Of a DNA stretch of 32,000 nt, positions 20,683 through 28,845 are shown piece after piece (within the stretch, counting starts at the first letter, position 1; every line of letters begins with the position of its first letter). The translations under genes and the position numbers were made by a program. Origin of the DNA: Opitutia bacterium KCR 482 (GTDB lineage Bacteria; Verrucomicrobiota; Verrucomicrobiia; Opitutales; Intestinicryptomonadaceae). The stretch is taken from positions 2,130,001 to 2,162,000 of the forward strand of contig CP149973.1 of assembly GCA_029269845.2 (NCBI GenBank). Direction: 5' to 3'. The notes under the pieces are model-generated. The model was not told the DNA's origin. It saw only the letters and a program-made list of their open reading frames with translations, and made no database searches.

Positions 20683-22023
20683 CTAAATTAGCTTGTAGTC
20701 TGTCGGGTTCGGGACGGGTTGGAGGGCGACCTTTCCGTCGAGCGAAAGGTTCTTGGGCATGTAGTCGAGCTTCGACTTTTCGAGCACCCAGCGGCATTTG
20801 AGCCTCTTGCCCGCGTATGCCGATTCTCTTCCCGCGACTGCCGCGTAGCAGCTGTCGGCGCAGGTCTTCATCGTGTTTATCGGCTTGCCGTTGCGGATTG
20901 CGCCGAGCAAAACTTCGTGCTCGCAGACAAGCGCCTGCTTTTTTGCGTGCTCCGAAACCCACGGCTTTTCGCCCGTAATGCGCTGTTTGCCGAACGACAT
21001 TTCGAGAACGCCTTTCGTGCCGATTACCTTGAACGTCGCGTAGGGGGTTGTGTTCGGCTCCTGTCGGCACGCGGCGGTGAGTGTTGTGCCGTTTGCAAAT
21101 TCGTACTGGACGTGCGTGTTCGACTGCCTGTCGCCCTGTCTGCCCCATTCGAGGTTCGCCTGTCTGCCGCCGGAGCCTACCGCCTCAACCGGCAGCTGCC
21201 CGAACGCCCAGAGAGCCATGTCGAGGTTGTGTACGTACTGCTCGACGAACTGGTCGCCCGAAGTCCAGCTGAACGCGAGCCATTTGCGCAGCTGGTATTC
21301 GGCGTCGTCGGGTTGGAGGTTCGCGGCGGGCGCATCGAGCGACGCGCGTTCGAGGTAGCCGATTTCGTAGCGCAGAAAAACTCCCGCCACGATGTCGCCA
21401 ATCTGACCGTCCCTGACGCGTTCGACGCCCTCGGCAATCGCGGAGTGGTAGCGCATTTGCGTTCCGCAAATTACGGTAAGCCCCGCCTTGTCGGCAAGGG
21501 GAATAAGCTCGTTGTAGATTTTTCGAAGTCCAACGGCGTCTATGGCAATCGGCTTTTCGGCGAAAACGTTTTTGCCTGCTTTGAGGCACTTTTCGATGTG
21601 ATATGGGCGGAAGACGGGCGGTGTCGTGAGCATTATGACGTCGGCGTCGGTCTGCACGATTTTGTCGATTGCGTCAAGCCCTACGAATGTGGTGTCGGGG
21701 CTTACTTTCCAAACGTCCTTTTTGCCGAATTTATTTTCGGCGTATGCCGCTATTCTTTTGCCCGCGCGTTCGATTTGCTTGGGGAAGATGTCGCCCGCGG
21801 CGACAAATTCTATGTTTTGGTCGGCGGAGAGCATGTTTTCCATTGCGCCGCGCCCGCGCCCGCCGCATCCGAGTATTGCGACCTTGATTTTGTCCGAGCC
21901 TTTTGCCGCTCCAAACGAGAACTTCGGCAGCAGCGCAGAGCCCAAGCCCGCGACGCCAGCGGTTTTTATAAACGATTTTCTATTTATCATATATTTTTCC
22001 ATTTTTATCATATATTTTTCCAT
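20683..22023 (-). CDS. Gfo/Idh/MocA family oxidoreductase with a Tat-like (R-K variant) signal peptide
   Basis: 446 aa. N-terminus MEKYMIKMEKYMINRKSFIKTAGVAGLGSALLPKFSFGAAKG. Rossmann motif KVAILGCGGRGRGA. AGAGGA lies 6 nt upstream of the first ATG. TAG stop. Confidence 0.9.
   Translation of the reverse strand: MEKYMIKMEKYMINRKSFIKTAGVAGLGSALLPKFSFGAAKGSDKIKVAILGCGGRGRGAMENMLSADQNIEFVAAGDIFPKQIERAGKRIAAYAENKFGKKDVWKVSPDTTFVGLDAIDKIVQTDADVIMLTTPPVFRPYHIEKCLKAGKNVFAEKPIAIDAVGLRKIYNELIPLADKAGLTVICGTQMRYHSAIAEGVERVRDGQIGDIVAGVFLRYEIGYLERASLDAPAANLQPDDAEYQLRKWLAFSWTSGDQFVEQYVHNLDMALWAFGQLPVEAVGSGGRQANLEWGRQGDRQSNTHVQYEFANGTTLTAACRQEPNTTPYATFKVIGTKGVLEMSFGKQRITGEKPWVSEHAKKQALVCEHEVLLGAIRNGKPINTMKTCADSCYAAVAGRESAYAGKRLKCRWVLEKSKLDYMPKNLSLDGKVALQPVPNPTDYKLI
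21982..22023 (-). repeat. Tandem 21-nt duplication at the very 5' end of the oxidoreductase gene
   Basis: On the minus strand, ATGGAAAAATATATGATAAAA is followed by ATGGAAAAATATATGATAAAT (20/21 identical). The pair encodes MEKYMIK-MEKYMIN. AT-rich, unlike the rest of the gene. Confidence 0.9.
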
Positions 22024-22039
22024 TTTTTCCTCTTTATTG

Positions 22040-23293
22040 TTAAATTAGCTTGTAGTCTGTCGGGTTCGGGACGGGTTGGAGGGCGACCTTCCCGCCGAGC
22101 GAAAGGTTCTTGGGCATGTAGTCGAGCTTCGACTTTTCGAGCACCCAGCGGCATTTGAGCCTCTTGCCCGCGTAAGCCGATTCTCTTCCCGCGACTGCCG
22201 CGTAGCAGCTGTCGGCGCAGGTCTTCATCGTGTTTATCGGCTTGCCGTTGCGGATTGCGCCGAGCAAAACTTCGTGCTCGCAAACTATTGCGTCTTTCGG
22301 CGCGTGCTCCGAAACCCACGGCTTTTCGCCCGTGATGCGCTGTCTGCCGAACGACATTTCGAGAATGCCTTTTGTGCCGATTACCCTGCACGGCATGTAG
22401 GGCGTTGTGTTCGGTTCCTGCCGACACGCGGCGGTGAGGGTTGCGCCGTTTGCAAATTCGTACTGGACGTGCGTGTTCGAGTGCCTGTCGCCGAATTTTC
22501 CCCATTCGAGGTTTGCCTGCCTGCTGCCGGAGCCTACCGCCTCAATCGGGAACTGCCCGAACGCCCAGAGAGCCATGTCGAGGTTGTGGACAAAAAGCTC
22601 CACAAAGTGGTCGCCCGAAGTCCAGCGGAAGCCGAGCCAGTTGCGCAGCTGGTATTCGGCGTCGTCGGGTTGGAGGCTTTCGGCGGGCGCGTCGAGCGTC
22701 TGCCGCATGAGGTACAGCGGCACATAGCGCAGGAAAACCCCGCCCACAACGTCGCCAATCTGACCGTCCCTGACGCGTTCGACGCCCTCGGCAATCGCGG
22801 AGTGGTAGCGCATTTGCGTTCCGCAAATTACGGTAAGCCCCGCCTTGTCGGCAAGGGGAATAAGCTCGTTGTAGATTTTTCGAAGTCCAACGGCGTCTAT
22901 GGCAATCGGCTTTTCGGCGAAAACGTTTTTGCCTGCTTTGAGGCACTTTTCGATGTGGCAGGGGCGGAAGACGGGGGAAGTCGCCAAAACAACGACGTCG
23001 GCGTCGGTCTGCACGATTTTGTCGATAGCGTCAAGCCCGACGAACGACGTTTCGGGGCTTACCCTCCACGCGTCCTTTTTTCCGAGCGTTTTGAGGGCGA
23101 AGTTTTTCACCTTTTCCGCCGTCTTTTCAATCTGCTTTGGGAAGGCGTCGCCCGCGGCGACGAATTCTATGTTGGGGTCAGCCGCGAGCATGTTGCAGAG
23201 GGCGTCGCTTCCGCGTCCGCCGCAGCCGACGATTGCCACTTTGATTTTGTCGGCGTTTTTAGCCTCCGCGCGTTTTTTGAATGTCTCCGTCAT
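22040..23293 (-). CDS. Gfo/Idh/MocA family oxidoreductase, paralog without a signal peptide
   Basis: 417 aa. N-terminus MTETFKKRAEAKNADKIKVAIVGCGGRGSDA runs straight into the Rossmann motif. An in-frame TAA 5 codons upstream of the ATG excludes any N-terminal extension. TAA stop, 16 nt before the downstream paralog. Confidence 0.9.
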   Translation of the reverse strand: MTETFKKRAEAKNADKIKVAIVGCGGRGSDALCNMLAADPNIEFVAAGDAFPKQIEKTAEKVKNFALKTLGKKDAWRVSPETSFVGLDAIDKIVQTDADVVVLATSPVFRPCHIEKCLKAGKNVFAEKPIAIDAVGLRKIYNELIPLADKAGLTVICGTQMRYHSAIAEGVERVRDGQIGDVVGGVFLRYVPLYLMRQTLDAPAESLQPDDAEYQLRNWLGFRWTSGDHFVELFVHNLDMALWAFGQFPIEAVGSGSRQANLEWGKFGDRHSNTHVQYEFANGATLTAACRQEPNTTPYMPCRVIGTKGILEMSFGRQRITGEKPWVSEHAPKDAIVCEHEVLLGAIRNGKPINTMKTCADSCYAAVAGRESAYAGKRLKCRWVLEKSKLDYMPKNLSLGGKVALQPVPNPTDYKLI

Positions 23294-23453
23294 ATATAGT
23301 GTTGTTTATTTGATAGGGTAAATTCCACCGTGTGCAAACGTTATTTGCGGGCGTTTTTGCAGAGGGTTTTTCTTTTTTTGCACTATTTTGACTTCTGGCG
23401 GATTTTGATATTTGCCTTGCCTTTCGACTCGGATTTTGCGAAAAACTCTTCCG

Positions 23454-24179
23454 ATGGAATCAACCGAATTCAAATATCCGCGCTCGCTCGTGGGGCGCGC
23501 CTTGTTTTACGTGCTTGCGGCAGTTCCCGCAATCCAGATTGCGTTTGTTGCGGTTCTGATATTTTTGCACACGGCGGCGAGGGCGGGGTACAGGCTCTAC
23601 CAGTACGGAGCGGCGGAGCGCGGCAAGCCGCGCGGCGAGATTTTTGCGAGCTTCGACGACCGCGTTTTGCACGAAATTTCGGGTCTGTTTTTTACAATAC
23701 TTTCCGACGTTCTGATTTTTGTAAACGTGTATTTCGACGCGGTGTTTTCCGTCTGCGCTTTCGGAATCCTCTGCTGGCTTGCGGTGCGCTTCCGCAAAAA
23801 CGGCGCGTTCGGCGCCCGCGACTGGTTTCGGGTGTGCGTGTGGTCGGCGGGGCTGTTCTCGTTCTTTTCGGTCGCGACGGGCTGGCTTTCGGTCGCGTTC
23901 GGGTATTCCGAATTTTCGCTCCACCTCGACGCCGTAGTGCCCGCGGAGCGGCTTGCGAAATTTGCGCTGTTCTTCCTTGCGGCGCGGCATGTTTTTCTGA
24001 AAGTTCCGTTTGCGGAGGATTCGTCGTGGAAAAACGAACTTTCCGCCCGCGAATTTTTTGTAGGTAGCCTGAAATTTTTTGCATCGCTCCCCCGAAAAAT
24101 CGGGCGCGTAAATACGTTCTACATAGCCGCCGCCCTGCTTGCGCTCGAATGGGTCAAGATTTATTTACAGCGCATTTGA
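23454..24179 (+). CDS. Hypothetical polytopic membrane protein
   Basis: The ATG at 23454 gives MESTEFKYPRSLVGRALFYVLAAVPAIQIAFVAVLIFLH. Several hydrophobic segments, and GC3-rich codon usage like the neighbours. The track start at 23412 is a TTG. No family recognised. Confidence 0.55.
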   Translation: MESTEFKYPRSLVGRALFYVLAAVPAIQIAFVAVLIFLHTAARAGYRLYQYGAAERGKPRGEIFASFDDRVLHEISGLFFTILSDVLIFVNVYFDAVFSVCAFGILCWLAVRFRKNGAFGARDWFRVCVWSAGLFSFFSVATGWLSVAFGYSEFSLHLDAVVPAERLAKFALFFLAARHVFLKVPFAEDSSWKNELSAREFFVGSLKFFASLPRKIGRVNTFYIAAALLALEWVKIYLQRI

Positions 24180-24307
24180 ATTTTGTGCGGCGCGTTTTTT
24201 CCGATTGGCATATTTGAATATTATGTTGACTCTTCCGAATTTTGGCGGATTCTTGTACCCTTTTTAATGCCGCATTGTTCCGTGAACACGCGGCGGAAAG
24301 AGCATTT

Positions 24308-25558
24308 ATGAAGAAAGCATTGATAATTACCCTGTCGGCGCTCGCCCTTTGCGCGTGCGAAAAAAAGGAAGTAAAAAAGCAGTCGATTCCCCCGACTCCC
24401 GCGGTTCTCGTCAAGGCGGAGGGACGCCAAGTGCCGGCGTACATCTCGACTCTCGGCACGACAGCTTCGCGCAGCAGCGTAAACGTGGTGGCGCAGGTTT
24501 CGGGGCAGATTTCCGAAATCAGGTTCAAGCAGGGCGACCTTGTGAAAAAGGGCGACATTCTCGCGGTGATAGACAAGCGTCCGTTTGCCGCCGCCGTCAA
24601 ACAGGCGGAGGGCAACCTTGCGCAGGCGAAAGCCCAGCTTAAAATAGACCAATTACAGGTGGAGCGCAACCGCACCCTCGCAAAGGACAACTATGTAGAC
24701 AAGCAGACTTTCGACACCCTCGTCGCGAAAGTCGAAGTAGACAAGGGGCAGGTAGAGGCATGCGAGGCGGCTCTCGAAACCGCGAAAATCAACCTCGGCT
24801 GGTGCGACGTCGCCGCTCCCACGGACGGCAAGGCGGGGCTTTTCAACATCGACGCGGGCAACGTCGTTGCGGCCGGCTCTTCGATTATCACGACAATCGA
24901 AAAGGTGGACGAGCTTTTTGTGGACTTCGTCATTCCCTCGCAACGCCTCCACGAAGTGCGCAAGCTCATGGCGGCGTCTGGCGGCAAGCTCGGCATTACG
25001 GTTTCCTTTATAGAGGACGACAAGGCGAACCTCTCGCGCAAGGCGGAGGTCAACGTGGTGCTCAACAAAATGCGCTACGAAACGGGCACGGCAATTCTGC
25101 GCGGTACGCTCCCCAACGCCGACGGGCTTTTCTGGCCGAACCAGTCGGTCAGGGTGCTGTTCGACTTGGAGAAATCCGACGGCGTGCTTGTCCCAGACAT
25201 ATGCGTGCAGACAAACAAGCTCGGCGCGTACGTCTATGTTGCGACTCCCTACAAGGGCGGCGTCTACATCGTCAAGCTCGTTCAGGTCGAAAAGGGACAG
25301 CTTTACGACAACAAGACTTTGAGGCTCGTAAAGGGCGTGAAGGCGGGCGATTTGGTTGTGCGGGAAGTCAGCCAGCTCAGGCTTCAGGCGGGGCCTTTTG
25401 TTTATAACGCAACTCCCGACGGCGTCGTAATCGGCGCGGACGGCAAGCCGCTCACGACGCCCGAAGCCGTCGGCAAATTCATGGCGGAATCGGCGCAGAT
25501 TGCCGACGCTCTCAGAGCCGAAATGATGAAGGCCGCCGCAAAACAACAGGGCAAATAA
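24308..25558 (+). CDS. Efflux RND transporter periplasmic adaptor subunit (MFP)
   Basis: The ATG at 24308 gives MKKALIITLSALALCACEKK (lipoprotein-type signal). Typical HlyD/MFP blocks (GQISEIRFKQGDLVKKGDILAVID, coiled-coil QAEGNLAQAKAQL, APTDGKAG). The track start at 24242 is rejected. Confidence 0.9.
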   Translation: MKKALIITLSALALCACEKKEVKKQSIPPTPAVLVKAEGRQVPAYISTLGTTASRSSVNVVAQVSGQISEIRFKQGDLVKKGDILAVIDKRPFAAAVKQAEGNLAQAKAQLKIDQLQVERNRTLAKDNYVDKQTFDTLVAKVEVDKGQVEACEAALETAKINLGWCDVAAPTDGKAGLFNIDAGNVVAAGSSIITTIEKVDELFVDFVIPSQRLHEVRKLMAASGGKLGITVSFIEDDKANLSRKAEVNVVLNKMRYETGTAILRGTLPNADGLFWPNQSVRVLFDLEKSDGVLVPDICVQTNKLGAYVYVATPYKGGVYIVKLVQVEKGQLYDNKTLRLVKGVKAGDLVVREVSQLRLQAGPFVYNATPDGVVIGADGKPLTTPEAVGKFMAESAQIADALRAEMMKAAAKQQGK

Positions 25559-25574
25559 TCGGGAGATTTTCGAC

Positions 25575-28500
25575 ATGTCCGACGACACAACCCCCCACGC
25601 GACGAAATCGGGCGGCAAATCGATTTCCGACCTCTTCATAAACCGTCCGGTCATGACGGTTTTGCTTTCCGTTGCCGCCGCGTTCTTCGGCATATTCTGC
25701 TACAAGCAGATGCCCGTAAACGCGCTCCCCGGCGTGGACTACCCCGTAATTCAGGTAAGCGTCAGCTACCCCGGCGCGGATCCGACCATTATGGGCGCGA
25801 ACATCGCCTCTCCGCTCGAACAGCAGTTCATGCAGATTCCGGGCATCGAGATGATTACCAGCCGCAACAGCATGGGCTCTACGAGCATAGTGCTGCAATT
25901 TGCGCTCAGCAAAAACATCGACGCCGCGGCGACCGACGTGCAGAGCGCAATCCAGCGCGCAATGGGCAACCTCCCCGCCGACCTGCCGTCGCCGCCTTCG
26001 TTCACGAAGGACAATCCCAACGACATGCCCATTTACATCATCTCCGTCACAAGCGACGGCATGACAGCGGGCGAAATGTACGACTACGCGTATTCGCAGG
26101 TCGCGCAGCAGCTCAACATGGTCGAGGGCGTGTCGAAAGTCGATATTTACGCCGCCCCCCGCGCCGTGAGAATTGAGGTAGACGCAAAGAAGCTCTACAA
26201 TCTTGGCTACACGATGTCGGACCTCTCCGCCGCGCTTTCGCGCTCGACGAACATGATTGGCGCGGGCAACATCAACGGCCCGACGACCCAGTACGTCCTC
26301 TTCCCCGATACCCAGCTTTCGACCGCCGCGGACTACGAATCGCTTGTGGTAGGCTTCAAGGACGGCTCGCCGATTTACCTGCGCGACATCGCCAAGGCTC
26401 TTGATTCAATCCAGTTCGACACGCTCAACATTTCGTTCTTCAACCGCGCCGCCCCCGCGACCTCCGCTACGGACTCAATCGCAATGGGCATCAGAAAACG
26501 CGCCGACGGCAACGCCGTGACCACCGTTGCGGGCATCAAAAAGATGATGGAAAAGTTCAAGACCGAACTTCCCGAATCAATCAAGCTCTACGAATTCTAC
26601 GACGGCTCCAAGCTCATTATCGACAACATCAACGACGTAAAGGAAACGCTGATGATTGCGTTCGTGCTCGTAGTGTTCGTCATCTTCATGTTCCTCGGAC
26701 GCTTCCGCGACACGCTCATTCCGACCGTCGCCCTGCCGTTCTCGATTCTGCTTACGTTCATTTTCATGTACGCTTTCGGGTTCTCTATAAACAACCTTTC
26801 GCTTATGGGAATTACGATGGCAATCGGCTTCCTTGTGGACGACGCTATCGTGTTTCTCGAAAACACCGTCCGCAGAATGGAAGACTTCGGCGAAACGCCG
26901 AGGGTTGCGACATTCAAATCGGCTTCGGAAATTTCGTTCACAATTCTCAGTATGACGCTTTCGCTGGCGGCGGTATTCATTCCGCTTGCGTTCATGAGCG
27001 GAATCATGGGGCGCGTCTTCAAGGAATTTTCGGTAACGATTATCGTGGCGACGCTCATGTCGGGCGTGGTGAGCCTTACGCTTACGCCGATGCTGTGCTC
27101 GCGCGTGCTCCAAAAACGCACAAAAGACTACTCCGACAAAACTCCCGTCGAGCGCGTGGCGCACAAGTTGGAGGCGGCGTTCCTGCGCTTCTATTCGCCG
27201 TCGCTCTCGTGGATGTTGCGCCAGAACGTGCTGACGCTCGCCATTATGGGCGCGTGTCTCTACGGCGTGTTCTACTTTGCCTCCGCGCTTCCGCAGATTT
27301 TCTTCCCCACGGGCGACAGCGGCTTCATGCAGGGCGTGTTCATCATGAACACAAAGACTTCGCCGAAGGAAATCGGCAAAATGCAGGATAGGATTTCCGG
27401 CATAGTTTCGTCGAATCCCGCGGTCAAGAATTTCGTCATGGTTTCGGGCGTCTCGGCGTTCATCAACCAGAACATGGGCTTCGGCTACATAGTTTTGGAG
27501 GACAAAGACAAACGCAAGCCGATTGCGGAGGTAGCCGACGAAATCAACGGGCGCATCGCAATGCTCCCTGGGGTTGTTTCGGCGTTCGCTCCCGAACCCA
27601 CGCTCAACATTTCGACGGGCGCAACAAGCACACAGCAGGGCAAATACGCGTACGCAATAACCTCGATGAATCAGGAGAAACTCTACGCCGCCGCGGAGAA
27701 TTTCGAGAAATTCCTGTCGTCGAAGCGCGGCGCGTTCTTCTCGAACATTCAGAAGGACTTGTACTTGGACAACCCGCAAATCACCCTCAAACCCTACCGC
27801 GACAAGGCGGCGATGGTGGGCTTGTCGGTAAATTCGTACTCGGAAGTGTTCAGGCAGTCTTTCGCAAAGTCGTTCTTCTACCTGATTAAATCGCCGTTCC
27901 AGCAGTATTGGTCAATCATGCAGGACACCCTCGCCGACGACGGTTTTCAGGACAGCCTCGACGACCTGAACTTCTCGATAGACCAGTACCTTACGGGCGG
28001 CTATCCCGTAAAGACGCTCACCGGCGGCGGCGAAGAGCCGAACCCCGCCTACACGCTCTCGAACCTCATTCCCTTCGGCGCGGTTTCCACGAGCGAGCTT
28101 ATCCTTGCGCCGATTGCAATCAACCACCTCAACAACTTCCCGTCGGTAACATTCTTCTTCGACCTCGCTGACGGCGTCGCAATCGGCGACGTCGTGAACT
28201 GGGTGAACGCCGAAGCCCCGAAAATTCTGCCCGACGGCGTGAACGGCATGTTCATCGGCGAGGCGGTTACATTCCAGCAGACAATGCGCAGCCTCATGGT
28301 TCTCATCGGGGTGGCGGTGTTCGTGATGTACGTCATCTTGGGCATTCTCTACGAGAGCTACGTCCACCCGTGGACGGTGCTTTCCGCGCTCCCGATTGCG
28401 GTCGTGGGCGGCTTGGCGAGCCTCTGGCTGTTCGATATGGAGCTTTCGATTTACTCGGCAATCGGCATTTTCATGCTCATGGGCATTGTAAAGAAAAACG

Positions 28501-28841
28501 GCATCATGATGATCGACTTTGCAATCATGCGCGAGGCAGGCGGCATGAGCCCGCGCGACGCAGTCCACGAGGCATGCATGGAACGCTTCCGCCCGATTAT
28601 CATGACGTCGTTCGCGGCGCTCATGGGCATGCTCCCGATTGCGCTCGGCTGGGGCAAGGCGGACTCCGAAAGCCGCATTCCGCTCGGAGTTGTAGTGGTC
28701 GGCGGGCTGATATTCTCGCAGCTGATTACCCTCTATGTAACCCCCGTTATCTACCTGTGGTTCGACAAGTTCCAGCGCGGCGTTCTCGATAAAATTCCGT
28801 TCTTCGCTCGCGGACACATCTCATATTCAAACGAGGACTGA
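25575..28841 (+). CDS. RND efflux permease (AcrB/HAE-type)
   Basis: 1088 aa. ISDLFINRPVMTVLLSVAAAFFGIFCY start, 12-TM architecture with two large periplasmic loops, and a conserved GFLVDDAIVFLEN block. GGGAG RBS at 25561-25565. Confidence 0.95.
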   Translation: MSDDTTPHATKSGGKSISDLFINRPVMTVLLSVAAAFFGIFCYKQMPVNALPGVDYPVIQVSVSYPGADPTIMGANIASPLEQQFMQIPGIEMITSRNSMGSTSIVLQFALSKNIDAAATDVQSAIQRAMGNLPADLPSPPSFTKDNPNDMPIYIISVTSDGMTAGEMYDYAYSQVAQQLNMVEGVSKVDIYAAPRAVRIEVDAKKLYNLGYTMSDLSAALSRSTNMIGAGNINGPTTQYVLFPDTQLSTAADYESLVVGFKDGSPIYLRDIAKALDSIQFDTLNISFFNRAAPATSATDSIAMGIRKRADGNAVTTVAGIKKMMEKFKTELPESIKLYEFYDGSKLIIDNINDVKETLMIAFVLVVFVIFMFLGRFRDTLIPTVALPFSILLTFIFMYAFGFSINNLSLMGITMAIGFLVDDAIVFLENTVRRMEDFGETPRVATFKSASEISFTILSMTLSLAAVFIPLAFMSGIMGRVFKEFSVTIIVATLMSGVVSLTLTPMLCSRVLQKRTKDYSDKTPVERVAHKLEAAFLRFYSPSLSWMLRQNVLTLAIMGACLYGVFYFASALPQIFFPTGDSGFMQGVFIMNTKTSPKEIGKMQDRISGIVSSNPAVKNFVMVSGVSAFINQNMGFGYIVLEDKDKRKPIAEVADEINGRIAMLPGVVSAFAPEPTLNISTGATSTQQGKYAYAITSMNQEKLYAAAENFEKFLSSKRGAFFSNIQKDLYLDNPQITLKPYRDKAAMVGLSVNSYSEVFRQSFAKSFFYLIKSPFQQYWSIMQDTLADDGFQDSLDDLNFSIDQYLTGGYPVKTLTGGGEEPNPAYTLSNLIPFGAVSTSELILAPIAINHLNNFPSVTFFFDLADGVAIGDVVNWVNAEAPKILPDGVNGMFIGEAVTFQQTMRSLMVLIGVAVFVMYVILGILYESYVHPWTVLSALPIAVVGGLASLWLFDMELSIYSAIGIFMLMGIVKKNGIMMIDFAIMREAGGMSPRDAVHEACMERFRPIIMTSFAALMGMLPIALGWGKADSESRIPLGVVVVGGLIFSQLITLYVTPVIYLWFDKFQRGVLDKIPFFARGHISYSNED

Positions 28842-28845
28842 TTTT

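Larger units (their letters stand above)
20683..23293 (-). repeat. Tandem gene duplication (period 1357 nt) with perfectly identical internal blocks
   Basis: Manual alignment at a constant offset of 1357 nt. 21394-21600 is identical to 22751-22957 (207/207). The first ~240 nt from the stop codons differ at about 3 positions. Confidence 0.9.

Noticed and set aside
20719-23299. 479-aa and 407-aa plus-strand ORFs antisense to the two Gfo/Idh/MocA genes
   Set aside because: Shadow ORFs. The sense frames carry the Rossmann GCGGRG motif, the signal peptide and the RBS. The antisense translations are low-complexity.
23385-23410. Sigma54-like TGGC...TTG element (tggcggattttga), also seen at 24240-24255 upstream of the MFP gene
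   Set aside because: The GG-to-GC spacing does not fit TGGCAC-N5-TTGC in either copy, and the -12 element lacks the GC. The shared ttgact...ggcggatt string is short enough to be chance.
23330-24067. 245-aa ORF overlapping the membrane-protein gene in another frame
   Set aside because: Arg/Cys/Phe-rich translation with poor codon usage. The 23454-24179 frame has GC3-rich codons and coherent hydrophobic segments.
24653-28817. Minus-strand ORFs 24653-25693, 26577-27779 and 27912-28817, antisense to the MFP and RND genes
   Set aside because: Shadow ORFs opposite a canonical efflux operon. Their His/Arg/Glu/Asp-rich composition has no membrane or domain logic.
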